A stretch of DNA of 64,000 bases from Candidatus Rariloculaceae bacterium (GTDB lineage Bacteria; Pseudomonadota; Gammaproteobacteria; Steroidobacterales; Rariloculaceae): the NCBI GenBank assembly GCA_045561025.1, contig JBJKYM010000014.1:2030-66029 (forward strand), in the 5' to 3' direction. Each line of letters begins with the position of its first letter. Position 1 is the stretch's first letter. Below, in pieces: positions 38,846 to 48,617 of the stretch. Position numbers and translations under genes: made by a program. The notes beneath the pieces were generated by a model. That model was not told the origin of the DNA and made no database searches. It saw only the letters and a program-made list of their open reading frames with translations.

Positions 38846-39304
38846 CTATTCGATGATGAACTTGCCGTTCATCAATACGTAGTGACCGGGGAAGGTGCAG
38901 AAGTAGGTGTAATCCCCACCAGCCTCCAGTCCGGAGAGATTGAAGGTTACCGACGAGGATTCTCCGCCACCGATCAATGCGGTCTCAGCGAGGACCCTGG
39001 CATCGTCAGCGGGCATATAGCCTGGCGCCCCGGCCGCCTGCCCGGCTGTTACAACCGGCTGGTAGTCGGCCGTGGCCGTCAATACCCAGTTGTGGCCCAT
39101 GACGTTGGCCGGCAGGGAGCCAACATGATTTAGCGTTATCGTGACTTCCTCACAGGATGCGCTGACGCGGACCTCGGCGAGGTTAAACTGAAGAAGGTCG
39201 TTACCTTCGATTGTCTGCTCGCATTCCTGGCCGGAGGCTGTGCCGCACAGCATCCACCCTGCCAGTGCGAAAATGGCAAAATTCGTTCTAATCAAGTTAT
39301 TCAC
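38846..39304 (-). CDS. azu: Azurin (type 1 blue copper protein)
   Basis: Signal peptide, then ECEQTIEGNDLLQFN...NVMGHNWVL...YFCTFPGHYVLMNG. Collinear with Pseudomonas azurin, including the Cu ligands H, C, H, M. Confidence 0.9.
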   Translation of the reverse strand: MNNLIRTNFAIFALAGWMLCGTASGQECEQTIEGNDLLQFNLAEVRVSASCEEVTITLNHVGSLPANVMGHNWVLTATADYQPVVTAGQAAGAPGYMPADDARVLAETALIGGGESSSVTFNLSGLEAGGDYTYFCTFPGHYVLMNGKFIIE

Positions 39305-39418
39305 TCCTGTCCCGGAGACCCGGGAACTTAGCGGGCAGCATATTAGCAGAACCGTGCCTTGGAGTTAATGGCCTTGCGCCCAGTTTCGGCCTGTGGCTTT
39401 TACCTATCGATGCCGCCG

Positions 39419-40513
39419 TCAGAGTGTCGATGTGCTCATATAGGCCTCCTCGGATATCCGCTGCCACGGCCGGGATACGGTGAGGAAATCGCGATAGGAT
39501 TCCCAGATTTTTGCCGAAAGCGGATCGCGAGCCGCCAGGTCGCTCATGACCTGGTCAGTAAGCGCTTTCAGTCCGCTAAGTACCTCGTCCGGGAAGGCAC
39601 GAATCTCCACGGAGTCGTCGTTCGCCAGCTGTTCCAGGGCGGTCGCGTTGCGCGCGTTGTACTCCGAGAGCATATCGAGGTTGGCCGCCTGGCACGCGAC
39701 CCGGACGATGGCCTGCAGATCCGCAGGCAGGCTGTTAAACGCTTCCAGATTGACCATGCATTCCATAATGGACCCGGGTTCATGCCAGCCCGGGTAGTAA
39801 TAGTAGCGCGCGGCCTGATGTAGCCCGAATGCGACATCGTTGTAAGGCCCGACCCACTCCGTTGCATCGATGCTGCCGGTCTGAAGGGCGGTGAACAGCT
39901 CGGAGCCAGGCAGCGTAACGGGTGTGCCCCCGGCGAGTTTCAGTACCTCGCCGCCAAGTCCCGGAAGGCGCATTTTGAGTCCACGGAGGTCCTCCATGCT
40001 GTCGATCGTACGGTTGAACCAGCCACCCATCTGCACGCCGGAGCTGCCCGCGGGGAAGGGCTCTAGCCCGAAGGGTCGGTACACCTCCTGCCAGAGCTCG
40101 AGGCCGCCGCCGTAATAGAGCCATGCATTGGTCTCCAGCGGGCTCATGCCGAACGGTATCGTCGTGAAGAACTGCGTCGCCTCCGACTTGCCGCGCCAGT
40201 AATAGGCGCCACCGTGGCCGAGCTCGGCGGATCCGCTCGAGACCGCATCGAACACCTCCAGCGCAGGCACGAGTTCGCCGGCTGCGTAGACCTCTACCTC
40301 GATACGCCCGCCGCTCATCTCCTGCAGACGTCTCGCCAGATTACTGGCGCCTACGCCCAGCCCCGGGAAGTTCGGCGGCCAGGTCGTGACCATTTTCCAG
40401 GAAAAGCGTTCCTGGCTGGCCGCGACGCCCGGATCGACATCGCTACGCGGCGTACAGGCGGTCAGCGCAGCGCCTCCGGCGGCGACGCCCGAAATAAATT
40501 CTCGTCTCTTCAT
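39419..40513 (-). CDS. TRAP transporter substrate-binding protein (DctP family) with Tat-type signal
   Basis: MKRREFISGVAAGGAALTAC twin-arginine signal (also lipobox-like LTAC). The mature part has the family-7 solute-binding pattern (WKMVTTWP, GGWF, YYYPGWHEPG). Confidence 0.85.
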   Translation of the reverse strand: MKRREFISGVAAGGAALTACTPRSDVDPGVAASQERFSWKMVTTWPPNFPGLGVGASNLARRLQEMSGGRIEVEVYAAGELVPALEVFDAVSSGSAELGHGGAYYWRGKSEATQFFTTIPFGMSPLETNAWLYYGGGLELWQEVYRPFGLEPFPAGSSGVQMGGWFNRTIDSMEDLRGLKMRLPGLGGEVLKLAGGTPVTLPGSELFTALQTGSIDATEWVGPYNDVAFGLHQAARYYYYPGWHEPGSIMECMVNLEAFNSLPADLQAIVRVACQAANLDMLSEYNARNATALEQLANDDSVEIRAFPDEVLSGLKALTDQVMSDLAARDPLSAKIWESYRDFLTVSRPWQRISEEAYMSTSTL

Positions 40514-40633
40514 CGCGACAGACTCTCAGCAGGATGGCGGACGGCCACTTGTACCAGACTGGCCCGCAGTCGCCTAGCCCGCTACGACTATCCCCACTGA
40601 CGACGGTATTATCCTCTCTTATAGAAACAAAAA

Positions 40634-40664
40634 CCCACTATAATATATTTGTAATTATAGTGGG
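40634..40664. promoter_or_regulatory. AT-rich perfect 11-bp inverted repeat carrying TATAAT on both strands
   Basis: aaaaa-CCCACTATAAT-atatttgta-ATTATAGTGGG-aaaaaa, in the divergent spacer between the TRAP binding-protein gene and dtd. Confidence 0.4.
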
Positions 40665-40911
40665 AAAAAAGTAACAGATCGGCACCAGTATAATGATGGA
40701 AGTGGGATCAACTCCGTCTGATTGGATGATCGGAGCTCACCGCACAGCGTCCCTGCCCTGCGCTACCGGTCGACCACCCGTATCCACTATCGCGCCGGGT
40801 TCTGCGGTTCGGTCGCCAAATCGCCGCAGAATGGCGACAAACGGATACACGCCATTCACTTGCCGCGTTCCGTTCCCTGCGTCAGAGTAGGCGCCCTCCA
40901 GGGGACAGGTA

Positions 40912-41361
40912 ATGATCGGACTACTGCAACGGGTAAGCCAGGCGAATGTGGTCGTGGACGGCGAAACCATTGCCGCAATCGGTACCGGGCTCGCGGTTCT
41001 CGTCGGCGTCGAACGAGGCGATACGGGGCGTGAGGTCTCGAGATTGCTAGAGCGCCTGCTCGCCTATCGGGTATTTCCCGACGATGAAGGTCGGATGAAC
41101 AGAAGTCTGACGGATGTGGGCGGCGAACTATTGCTTGTCCCGCAGTTTACCTTGGCGGCGGACACGGCCAGCGGTAATCGTCCGGGCTTCTCCAGGGCGG
41201 CTCCGCCGGAAGAGGGCAGGAATCGCTTTGATCAGCTGGTCGATCTGGCAGCGCAAAGCGGGCATAAGGTCGGTAGCGGCCGGTTCGGCGCGATGATGCA
41301 GGTAAATCTGTCGAACGAAGGTCCGGTAACGTTCTGGCTGAGGGTGTCCCCGACGGAATAA
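40912..41361 (+). CDS. dtd: D-aminoacyl-tRNA deacylase
   Basis: MIGLLQRV..A.V.VDGE.IG.IG.GL.VL.GV...D; SQFTL-like PQFTLAADT; GxFGAxMxVxLxNxGPVTF. Confidence 0.95.
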   Translation: MIGLLQRVSQANVVVDGETIAAIGTGLAVLVGVERGDTGREVSRLLERLLAYRVFPDDEGRMNRSLTDVGGELLLVPQFTLAADTASGNRPGFSRAAPPEEGRNRFDQLVDLAAQSGHKVGSGRFGAMMQVNLSNEGPVTFWLRVSPTE

Positions 41362-41429
41362 GCGTATAGGCCCTGCTCGCAGGGTTTCGCGTATCATTAC
41401 GCCATAGATATAAAGGTTGGAGAGTTGAG

Positions 41430-41681
41430 ATGGGATTAGGTGGGATAAGCATGTGGCAGCTGCTTATTGTGCTGCTCATAGTCGTGCTGATTTTCGGTAC
41501 CAAGAGACTGAAATCAATCGGCGGCGATCTGGGCGGCGCGTTGAAGAGTTTCCGCAAGGCAATGGATTCCGACGAGAAGGACGGTGATGACGAATCCGAC
41601 GCAGAGGATCCGCAGCGCCTGGAAGGTGTGGCACCCGATGCCGAATTCGCTGAGCAGAAGGACAAGAGCGAAAGTAGTTAG
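41430..41681 (+). CDS. tatA: Sec-independent protein translocase TatA
   Basis: [32 protein letters not shown], the canonical TatA TM plus amphipathic helix. Confidence 0.9.
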   Translation: MGLGGISMWQLLIVLLIVVLIFGTKRLKSIGGDLGGALKSFRKAMDSDEKDGDDESDAEDPQRLEGVAPDAEFAEQKDKSESS

Positions 41682-41686
41682 ACGAG

Positions 41687-42103
41687 ATGTTCGACGTCGG
41701 CTTCTGGGAACTCGTTCTAATTTTCGGCATGGGGCTGATAATTCTCGGTCCGGAGCGTATGCCTCGTGTTGCCAGCCAGGTCGGTCGCTGGATCGGTCGT
41801 GCGCGACGTACGGCGAGTACGCTTCGTCGTCAGTTGGAACAGGAAATTGCTGCTGTCGACGCGCCACCGCCGCCACCCCCGCGAAAACCCAAACCCCTCC
41901 AGCCGGTTAACCGACCGGCTGACGAGACCGCGTCGGAGTCCGACGACGACTCGGCTGACTCCGCTGACTCGAGCAAGGCCGCCCCCGACGCCGAGGTGGA
42001 TGAAGAGGCCGCTGGTGCCGAGTCTCAGGATGCGGCTACTGATGAAGCCGGCGAGACAAAAGACGCTGAGCAGAAGCCCGTTGGATCGGCAAGCGAGCAA
42101 TGA
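41687..42103 (+). CDS. tatB: Sec-independent protein translocase TatB
   Basis: MFDVGFWELVLIFGMGLIILGPERMP, followed by a long acidic/Pro-rich tail. Confidence 0.85.
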   Translation: MFDVGFWELVLIFGMGLIILGPERMPRVASQVGRWIGRARRTASTLRRQLEQEIAAVDAPPPPPPRKPKPLQPVNRPADETASESDDDSADSADSSKAAPDAEVDEEAAGAESQDAATDEAGETKDAEQKPVGSASEQ

Positions 42104-42903
42104 CGACGCAGACTAATGGACCAGGCGAAGAGGAAACGCTCGCCGAAGGCTCGCTGGTTTCGCATCTTGTCGAGTTGCGCAACAGGCTACTGCGAGTGGC
42201 TGCCGCGATACTCGTCATTTTTATCTGTCTGGTGCCCTTCTCGGAATCGATCTTTACGCTGATTGCGACGCCGCTGATGGAGAAACTTCCGGAGGGCGCG
42301 ACGATGATCGCGACCCAGGTCGCATCTCCCTTCCTGACGCCATTCAAGACGACGTTGTTCGCGGCTCTGTTTCTCGCCATGCCGGTCGTACTGAGCCAGG
42401 TGTGGCATTTCGTAGCGCCGGGGCTTTACCGGAAAGAGAAACGTTTTGCGCTGCCGTTGCTGCTTTCCAGCATCTTACTTTTCTATGTCGGCGTGTCGTT
42501 CGCCTACTTCGTCGTCTTCCCGTTGATGTTCGGATTCTTCGCTGCCGTGGCGCCGGAAGGCGTCACGATGATGACGGACATCAGTGCCTATCTGGATTTT
42601 ATTCTGACGCTGTTCTTTGCGTTCGGACTCGCATTCGAAGTACCTATCGCCACCGTCATGCTGGTGTGGAGCGGGTTGGTTCCGATAGAGACTCTGGGGA
42701 AAGGGCGAGCTTATGTGTTCCTGGGCGCCTTCGTTATGGGGATGTTGTTGACGCCTCCTGATGCGATCTCGCAGACGCTGTTAGCCGTGCCCGTTTACCT
42801 GCTGTATGAGACGGGACTGTTTATGGCGCGTGTTTTCGGGCCGAAAGCCGAGGAGTCAGATGACGAGGACTCCGATATCGGTACTGAGAGCGGCGGCGAG
42901 TAA
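42100..42903 (+). CDS. tatC: Sec-independent protein translocase TatC
   Basis: HLVELRNRLL, 6 TM segments, PGLY..EK, and TPPD motifs. ATGA overlap with tatB. Confidence 0.95.
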   Translation: MTTQTNGPGEEETLAEGSLVSHLVELRNRLLRVAAAILVIFICLVPFSESIFTLIATPLMEKLPEGATMIATQVASPFLTPFKTTLFAALFLAMPVVLSQVWHFVAPGLYRKEKRFALPLLLSSILLFYVGVSFAYFVVFPLMFGFFAAVAPEGVTMMTDISAYLDFILTLFFAFGLAFEVPIATVMLVWSGLVPIETLGKGRAYVFLGAFVMGMLLTPPDAISQTLLAVPVYLLYETGLFMARVFGPKAEESDDEDSDIGTESGGE

Positions 42904-42917
42904 CGGGAGACAAGCAG

Positions 42918-44408
42918 ATGAACCAGGAAACGACTGCAGCGTCGAACGGAGTGCTGGGCCATCCTCGGGGCTTGCTCACATTGTCGACGACGGAGATGTG
43001 GGAGCGCTTCAGCTACTACGGTATGCGTGCGTTGCTGGTGCTCTTCATGGTCGCGGCCGTAGAGGATGGAGGCCTTGGTTACTCTGATCAAACCGCAACC
43101 GCGATCTACGGTCTCTATACCGCGGCCGTCTACATGCTGGCACTGCCGGGCGGATGGATCGCGGATCGGCTTATCGGCGGACAACGTGCTGTCTGGTATG
43201 GCGGCATCATCATCATGTGTGGTCACTTCGTGCTGGCGATCCCGAGCGTCTGGTCGTTCTTCACCGGGCTTGCTCTGGTCGCGATCGGCACGAGTCTGCT
43301 AAAGCCGAATATCAGCGCGATCGTCGGCGAGTTCTATCCGCCGGGGGACCCACGACGCGACGGCGGCTTCACTATCTTCTACATGGGGATCAATGTCGGC
43401 GCTGCGCTGGGGCCACTTGTTTGCGGCTATCTTGCGCAACAGAACTGGCACTACGGTTTCGCGGTAGCAGGATTCGGCATGTTGTTCGGCCTCGTTCAGT
43501 TCAAGCTGACTGAAGAGCAACTGGGCGACGCAGGGCGGCTTCCGCCTGCGCGTCGGGAGAACGACGCGGCCTTCGAAAGCAGAGCCTGGGGCATCATCTG
43601 GATAAGCCTGCTTCTGGCGGCGGCAGTCATGGTTGCGGCTTTAACCGGCGCACTGACTATCGATGCAACGGCACTGGCACAGGTAAGCACCTATGTCATT
43701 GCCGGTCTTGGCGTCCTTTACTTCATCTACCTGTTTACATTCGGCAAGCTGACGGGAGATGAACGCGACCGCGTAATCGTTCTTATTGCGTTATTTGTAG
43801 CGGCCGCGATTTTCTGGTCCGGATTCGAGCAGGCGGGGTCGTCGCTGAATCTCTTTGCTGAGCGTTACACGATTCGTGAGTTCGGTAGTTTTGAGATTCC
43901 GGCGAGTTGGTTCCAGTCGCTGAATCCTATTTTTATAATCATTCTTGCGCCGTTCTATTCCATGATGTGGATCGCGCTGGCGCGTCGCAACCTGAATTCC
44001 TCTTCGCCGCTCAAGTTTGCTATCGGACTGATAATCCTGGGTCTGGGTTTCGCCGTCATGATCGGAGCGGCTGCACTCGTCGCCGAAGGGCAGCAGGTGC
44101 TGCCGACGTGGCTGTTCTTTACTTATCTGCTGCACACGATGGGCGAGCTCGCGCTTAGCCCGGTCGGCTTAAGTGCTGTCACCAAGCTCGCGCCGCGCCG
44201 CTATGTCGGTCAGATGATGGGCGTCTGGTGGCTCGCTACGTCGCTTGGGAATATTCTTGCGGGCCTTCTTGCAGGCGAGTTCCGCGCCGAAGCCGTCGAG
44301 GAGATGCCGGGGCTGTACACACAGATTGTTATCACCACAGTCGGAGCCGGCATAGTGCTGGCCCTTGTCAGCAAGCCGCTCAGACGTCTGGCCAGAGGTA
44401 TGGATTAG
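42918..44408 (+). CDS. Proton-dependent oligopeptide transporter (POT/PTR2 family)
   Basis: HPRGLxxLxxTEMWERFSYYGMRALLVL and GGWIADRLIG PTR2 signatures. Confidence 0.9.
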   Translation: MNQETTAASNGVLGHPRGLLTLSTTEMWERFSYYGMRALLVLFMVAAVEDGGLGYSDQTATAIYGLYTAAVYMLALPGGWIADRLIGGQRAVWYGGIIIMCGHFVLAIPSVWSFFTGLALVAIGTSLLKPNISAIVGEFYPPGDPRRDGGFTIFYMGINVGAALGPLVCGYLAQQNWHYGFAVAGFGMLFGLVQFKLTEEQLGDAGRLPPARRENDAAFESRAWGIIWISLLLAAAVMVAALTGALTIDATALAQVSTYVIAGLGVLYFIYLFTFGKLTGDERDRVIVLIALFVAAAIFWSGFEQAGSSLNLFAERYTIREFGSFEIPASWFQSLNPIFIIILAPFYSMMWIALARRNLNSSSPLKFAIGLIILGLGFAVMIGAAALVAEGQQVLPTWLFFTYLLHTMGELALSPVGLSAVTKLAPRRYVGQMMGVWWLATSLGNILAGLLAGEFRAEAVEEMPGLYTQIVITTVGAGIVLALVSKPLRRLARGMD

Positions 44409-44495
44409 GGCTGACTGGTATTAACGATGAGCAGTCGCTAGTCTCTTCGTGCATACGCGCGTACGAACAACGAGAAAAACACCGGAGGTACCCGC

Positions 44496-46412
44496 ATGGC
44501 TGCAGTGAAGCCCCTGCCACAGTTAACCCTGAAGGCGATCCTACTTGGCCTGGTACTTTCGATGGTGCTGGCCGGCGCTAACGCCTACCTTGGACTCTTC
44601 GCCGGGCTGACGGTTTCGGCATCAATTCCGGCGGCCGTCATCTCGATGGCTATCCTGAAGCTGTTTAAAGAGTCGAATATTCTCGAGAACAACATCGTGC
44701 AGACGGCTGCGTCCGCCGGCGAGTCGCTCGCGGCGGGTGTCATCTTTACGCTGCCAGCGCTGATAATCCTCGGCTACTGGGACGTGTTCGAGTACGCGTG
44801 GGTCAGCATCATCGCAGGGCTTGGCGGTCTTCTCGGTGTCATGTTCACCATTCCGCTGCGTCGATCACTGATCGTCGAGGAACAACTGGCTTATCCAGAA
44901 GGTACGGCGACAGCCGAGGTGCTACGCGTTGGTGAGTCGCCGAGCCAGGGGGCAAAGTTCCTGGCAATTGCGGCGATTCTGGGTGCGCTGACTAAACTAT
45001 CCGAGACCGGGTTGCGTCTCTGGGAAGGCGCTGCACATGCGGCGACCTATTTTGGCTCGTCCACAATCGGCTATGTCGGCATGAACCTGTCGCCCGCGCT
45101 CGTCAGCGTGGGTTATATCGTCGGTCTGAATATTGCGGTCCTCGTGTTCCTGGGTGGCGCAATCTCCTGGTATATCGCAATCCCGATCTACTCGACGTTT
45201 TTCCTTGCGGATAGCCCCGCGCTTGCAGAGGCGTTCGCGTCAGGTACCAGCGCCAATGATCTTGCATTCGCCATATGGACTTCGCAGATCCGGTATCTCG
45301 GCGTCGGTGCGATGCTGGTCGGTGGTATCTGGGCGTTGATATCAATGCGTGGATCTCTCGTCTCCGGTGTCATGAGCGGATTAAAAGCTGAGCTTCCGCT
45401 AACCGCCGGTGGCTACGACCACACAAAGCACGACACGCCGATGAAGTTCGTTCTTATCGGCGTAGCGCTTTTCGTATTGCCGATCTTCGCTCTCTACAAC
45501 GTAATCGTCGGATCGGTAGGGATAGCGCTCGCAATGACTATTGTCATGGTCACCGCAGGATTTCTATTTTCCTCGGTCGCAGCGTACATGGCGGGTCTTG
45601 TTGGCTCTTCGAACAACCCGATCTCTGGAATTACCATCGCGACGATTCTGATGACGTCCCTGCTGTTGCTGTGGCTTATGGGTGGCGATGCGGTCGCCGG
45701 GCCGGCTGCCGCCATCATGGTCGGCGCCGTGGTGTGCTGTGCCGCCGCTATCGCGGGTGACAATCTTCAGGACCTGAAGGCGGGGTACCTCGTCGGAGCT
45801 ACGCCATGGCGCCAGCAAGTCATGCAGGCTGCCGGTGTACTCGCTGCCGTACTCGTCATGGCGCCTATCCTGAATCTTCTGCTGCAGGCCTATGGTATTG
45901 GCGCACCGACGGCGGAGCAGCCCAACGCACTGCTTGCACCGCAAGCTACACTGATGGCGTCGGTAGCGGAGGGCGTATTCGGCGCCGGTCTTCCATGGAC
46001 GATGGTCGCGATCGGATCCGGAATCGGTGCCGCGATTATCGTTCTGGACGAGTACCTCAAGGCGCAGAAGGCCAGCTGGCGTGCGCCCGTACTCGCCGTG
46101 GCGGTAGGAATCTACCTGCCGCTGGAACTCGCCACGGCAATTCTGCTGGGTGGCCTGATCGCGTTTTATGCGCGACGTCGAGCAGAAGCAAGTGGTGCGG
46201 ACTCCGTCGTATCGCAGCGCAACGGCATGTTGTTCGCCTCCGGCCTGATAACGGGTGAAGCATTGATCGGTATCGGTATGGCGGTACCCATCGTCCTCAG
46301 CGGCAACCCGGACATCATTACGATGGGACTCGAACTGCCTACTGTCGTCGGACTCCTCGTCATCGCTGCACTCAGTACGATGCTGTATCGAGTCGCGACA
46401 AAGAGCGCCTGA
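44496..46412 (+). CDS. OPT-family oligopeptide transporter
   Basis: 638-aa polytopic protein. LTLKAILLG..L....ANAYLGL..G.T and YPEGTATAEVL patterns of bacterial OPT proteins. Confidence 0.85.
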   Translation: MAAVKPLPQLTLKAILLGLVLSMVLAGANAYLGLFAGLTVSASIPAAVISMAILKLFKESNILENNIVQTAASAGESLAAGVIFTLPALIILGYWDVFEYAWVSIIAGLGGLLGVMFTIPLRRSLIVEEQLAYPEGTATAEVLRVGESPSQGAKFLAIAAILGALTKLSETGLRLWEGAAHAATYFGSSTIGYVGMNLSPALVSVGYIVGLNIAVLVFLGGAISWYIAIPIYSTFFLADSPALAEAFASGTSANDLAFAIWTSQIRYLGVGAMLVGGIWALISMRGSLVSGVMSGLKAELPLTAGGYDHTKHDTPMKFVLIGVALFVLPIFALYNVIVGSVGIALAMTIVMVTAGFLFSSVAAYMAGLVGSSNNPISGITIATILMTSLLLLWLMGGDAVAGPAAAIMVGAVVCCAAAIAGDNLQDLKAGYLVGATPWRQQVMQAAGVLAAVLVMAPILNLLLQAYGIGAPTAEQPNALLAPQATLMASVAEGVFGAGLPWTMVAIGSGIGAAIIVLDEYLKAQKASWRAPVLAVAVGIYLPLELATAILLGGLIAFYARRRAEASGADSVVSQRNGMLFASGLITGEALIGIGMAVPIVLSGNPDIITMGLELPTVVGLLVIAALSTMLYRVATKSA

Positions 46413-46442
46413 GAAACTTTCTGACGCAAAGATTTGGCGCGT

Positions 46443-47591
46443 ATGCCTGAACTTGAGAGCAAGCTGCCGGGTGTCGGTACCACCATATTCACGGTGATGT
46501 CACGGCTCGCCGAGGAGTGCGGCGCGATTAATCTGTCTCAGGGCTATCCCGACTATCAGCCGCCGGTCGAGCTGCTGGACCGCGTCACTTACCACTTGCA
46601 CGCGGGGAACAACCAGTATCCCCATATGACGGGAATCGAGGCGCTTCGGCAGCAGATCTCGTTGAAGATTTCCAAACTCTACGGCGTGCAGCCGGATGCG
46701 GCGACCGACGTAACGGTGACCAGTGGCGCCACCGAGGCGCTGTTCTGCGCAATACACGCCGTCGTCAGACCCGGAGATGAGGTCATTGTCTTTGACCCGG
46801 CCTACGACTCCTACGATCCTGCGATTACGCTCGCGGGAGCAAAGACCATCCACCTGCCATTGCTTACCCCAGGCTTTGATATTGACTGGGATCGGCTGGC
46901 CGATGCTCTGAACGATCGCACGCGCCTCATCATCGTAAACTCGCCGCACAATCCTTCGGGTGGGTTGTTGACCCAATCCGACCTGCAGCGACTCGCGGAG
47001 ATAGTCAGGCGCTACGACCTGTACATCCTCAGCGACGAGGTTTACGAACACATCGTCTTCGATGGCGAACAACACGCAAGTGTGTTGGCGAACGACGAAC
47101 TGGCGCCTCGAAGCTTCGCGGTGTTCTCGTTTGGGAAGACCTACCATGCGACGGGATGGAAGGTTGGATACTGTGTAGCGCCTGCACCGCTCTCGCAGGA
47201 GTTTCGGCGCGTTCACCAATTCAACACCTTCACGACAGCGACTCCGTTGCAGCACGCGCTCGCGGACTATCTCCGGGATTGCCCGCAGCATTACCTCGGT
47301 CTTCCGGCGTTCTATCAGGAGAAGCGCGATCGCTTCCTGGAGTTGTTCAAGGACTCTGCTTTAAAGTTTCGCCCGAGTCGCGGAACCTACTTCCAGCTTG
47401 CGGACTATTCGGCGGTGTCTGATCTTAGCGATGCCGAGTTCGCCCATCAGCTGACCAAAGAACAGGGCGTTGCTGTAATTCCGATATCGGCGTTCTACGA
47501 AGAGCCGCCAGATGCGCGCTATATTCGTTTCTGTTTCGCGAAGGAAATGCGAACGCTGGAAGAGGCGGCAGAAAGACTCTCGAACCTGTAG
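46443..47591 (+). CDS. PLP-dependent aminotransferase (YbdL/methionine aminotransferase-like, class I)
   Basis: SKLPxxGTTIFTxMSxLA....AINLSQG.PD, NSPHNPSG, and SFGKTYxxTGWKVGY (PLP Lys). Confidence 0.85.
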   Translation: MPELESKLPGVGTTIFTVMSRLAEECGAINLSQGYPDYQPPVELLDRVTYHLHAGNNQYPHMTGIEALRQQISLKISKLYGVQPDAATDVTVTSGATEALFCAIHAVVRPGDEVIVFDPAYDSYDPAITLAGAKTIHLPLLTPGFDIDWDRLADALNDRTRLIIVNSPHNPSGGLLTQSDLQRLAEIVRRYDLYILSDEVYEHIVFDGEQHASVLANDELAPRSFAVFSFGKTYHATGWKVGYCVAPAPLSQEFRRVHQFNTFTTATPLQHALADYLRDCPQHYLGLPAFYQEKRDRFLELFKDSALKFRPSRGTYFQLADYSAVSDLSDAEFAHQLTKEQGVAVIPISAFYEEPPDARYIRFCFAKEMRTLEEAAERLSNL

Positions 47592-47669
47592 GCAGTTCGC
47601 GAGCGTTTCCACCGGTATCTCTCAATCGACTGGTAACATGTTGCGGAAGTTCTGAATACACTCGAGTGG

Positions 47670-48593
47670 ATGGGCCCGCAAAATACAGCAGCCGTTACCT
47701 TAAGTGCGCGCCACGTTCGTCTGATGCGATCGGCGAGCTACGCTTCGGTCGCGATGGCGCTGATACTGATCGCTCTAAAGGTCTGGGCGTGGACTGCGAC
47801 TGATTCGATCGCCCTGCTGAGCTCGCTCGCAGACTCAGTTCTGGATCTCGTCGCCTCGGTCATCACGATGTTCGCTGTGAAGGTGGCGGTCGAGCCGGCC
47901 GATCGGGAACATCGTTTCGGTCATGGTAAGTCCGAAGGCATAGCGGGTCTGGCGCAGGCGCTTATCGTTACCGGCTCCGCGATTTATGTCGGTGTTGAGG
48001 CGACGACGCGATTGTTCGCGCCCACTCAGTTGCTCGAGCCACAGCTCGGCCTCGCCGTGATGTTCGCTTCGTTTCTGCTAACGCTCAGTCTCGTCGTCTT
48101 CCAGAGCTATGTCGTCCGCCAGACCGGATCGTTGGCAATCTCCGCCGATGCCGTCCATTACAAGGCTGATCTTCTGACGAATACCGCGATTCTCCTGGCT
48201 ATCTTCGCTTCAGCCCAGTGGGGGTTGATCATCCTCGATCCGCTGCTCGGACTCGTCGTCGTCGTGCTGATTTTGCTTTCGGTCCGCGTAATTGCTGTCA
48301 ACGCAATAGACGTGCTACTGGATCGCGAGCTTCCTGAGGAAGACAGGGCTTTGATACTGGAAATCGCTTCGCAGGACAGTCGCGTTGAAGGCCTGCATGA
48401 TCTGCGCACGCGATCAGCGGGCGCGAATCAGTTTATTCAGTTTCACCTGGAGTTGGATCCCGAGATCAGTCTCAATGAAGCGCACGAGATCTGCGCGGCT
48501 GTCGAGTCGGATGTTCGCAGCCGTTTCCCGACGGCGGAAGTCTTTATCCACGCGGATCCATTCGGGCTCGAAGAGAACCGCGATCCTTTTTAG
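47670..48593 (+). CDS. Cation diffusion facilitator family exporter (FieF-like)
   Basis: 6 TM segments. SLADSVLDL...HRFGHGK motif and a C-terminal cytoplasmic domain (H.LR.R.AG....Q.HLE). Confidence 0.9.
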   Translation: MGPQNTAAVTLSARHVRLMRSASYASVAMALILIALKVWAWTATDSIALLSSLADSVLDLVASVITMFAVKVAVEPADREHRFGHGKSEGIAGLAQALIVTGSAIYVGVEATTRLFAPTQLLEPQLGLAVMFASFLLTLSLVVFQSYVVRQTGSLAISADAVHYKADLLTNTAILLAIFASAQWGLIILDPLLGLVVVVLILLSVRVIAVNAIDVLLDRELPEEDRALILEIASQDSRVEGLHDLRTRSAGANQFIQFHLELDPEISLNEAHEICAAVESDVRSRFPTAEVFIHADPFGLEENRDPF

Positions 48594-48617
48594 CTGAGGA
48601 CGATTCCCCGGGCGGGA

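Noticed and set aside
41948-41974. Short 9-nt tandem repeat gactcggct/gactccgct/gactcgagc.
   Set aside because: It lies inside the tatB acidic tail and simply encodes DSA-DSA-DSS low-complexity sequence. It is not a CRISPR or VNTR-like array of note.
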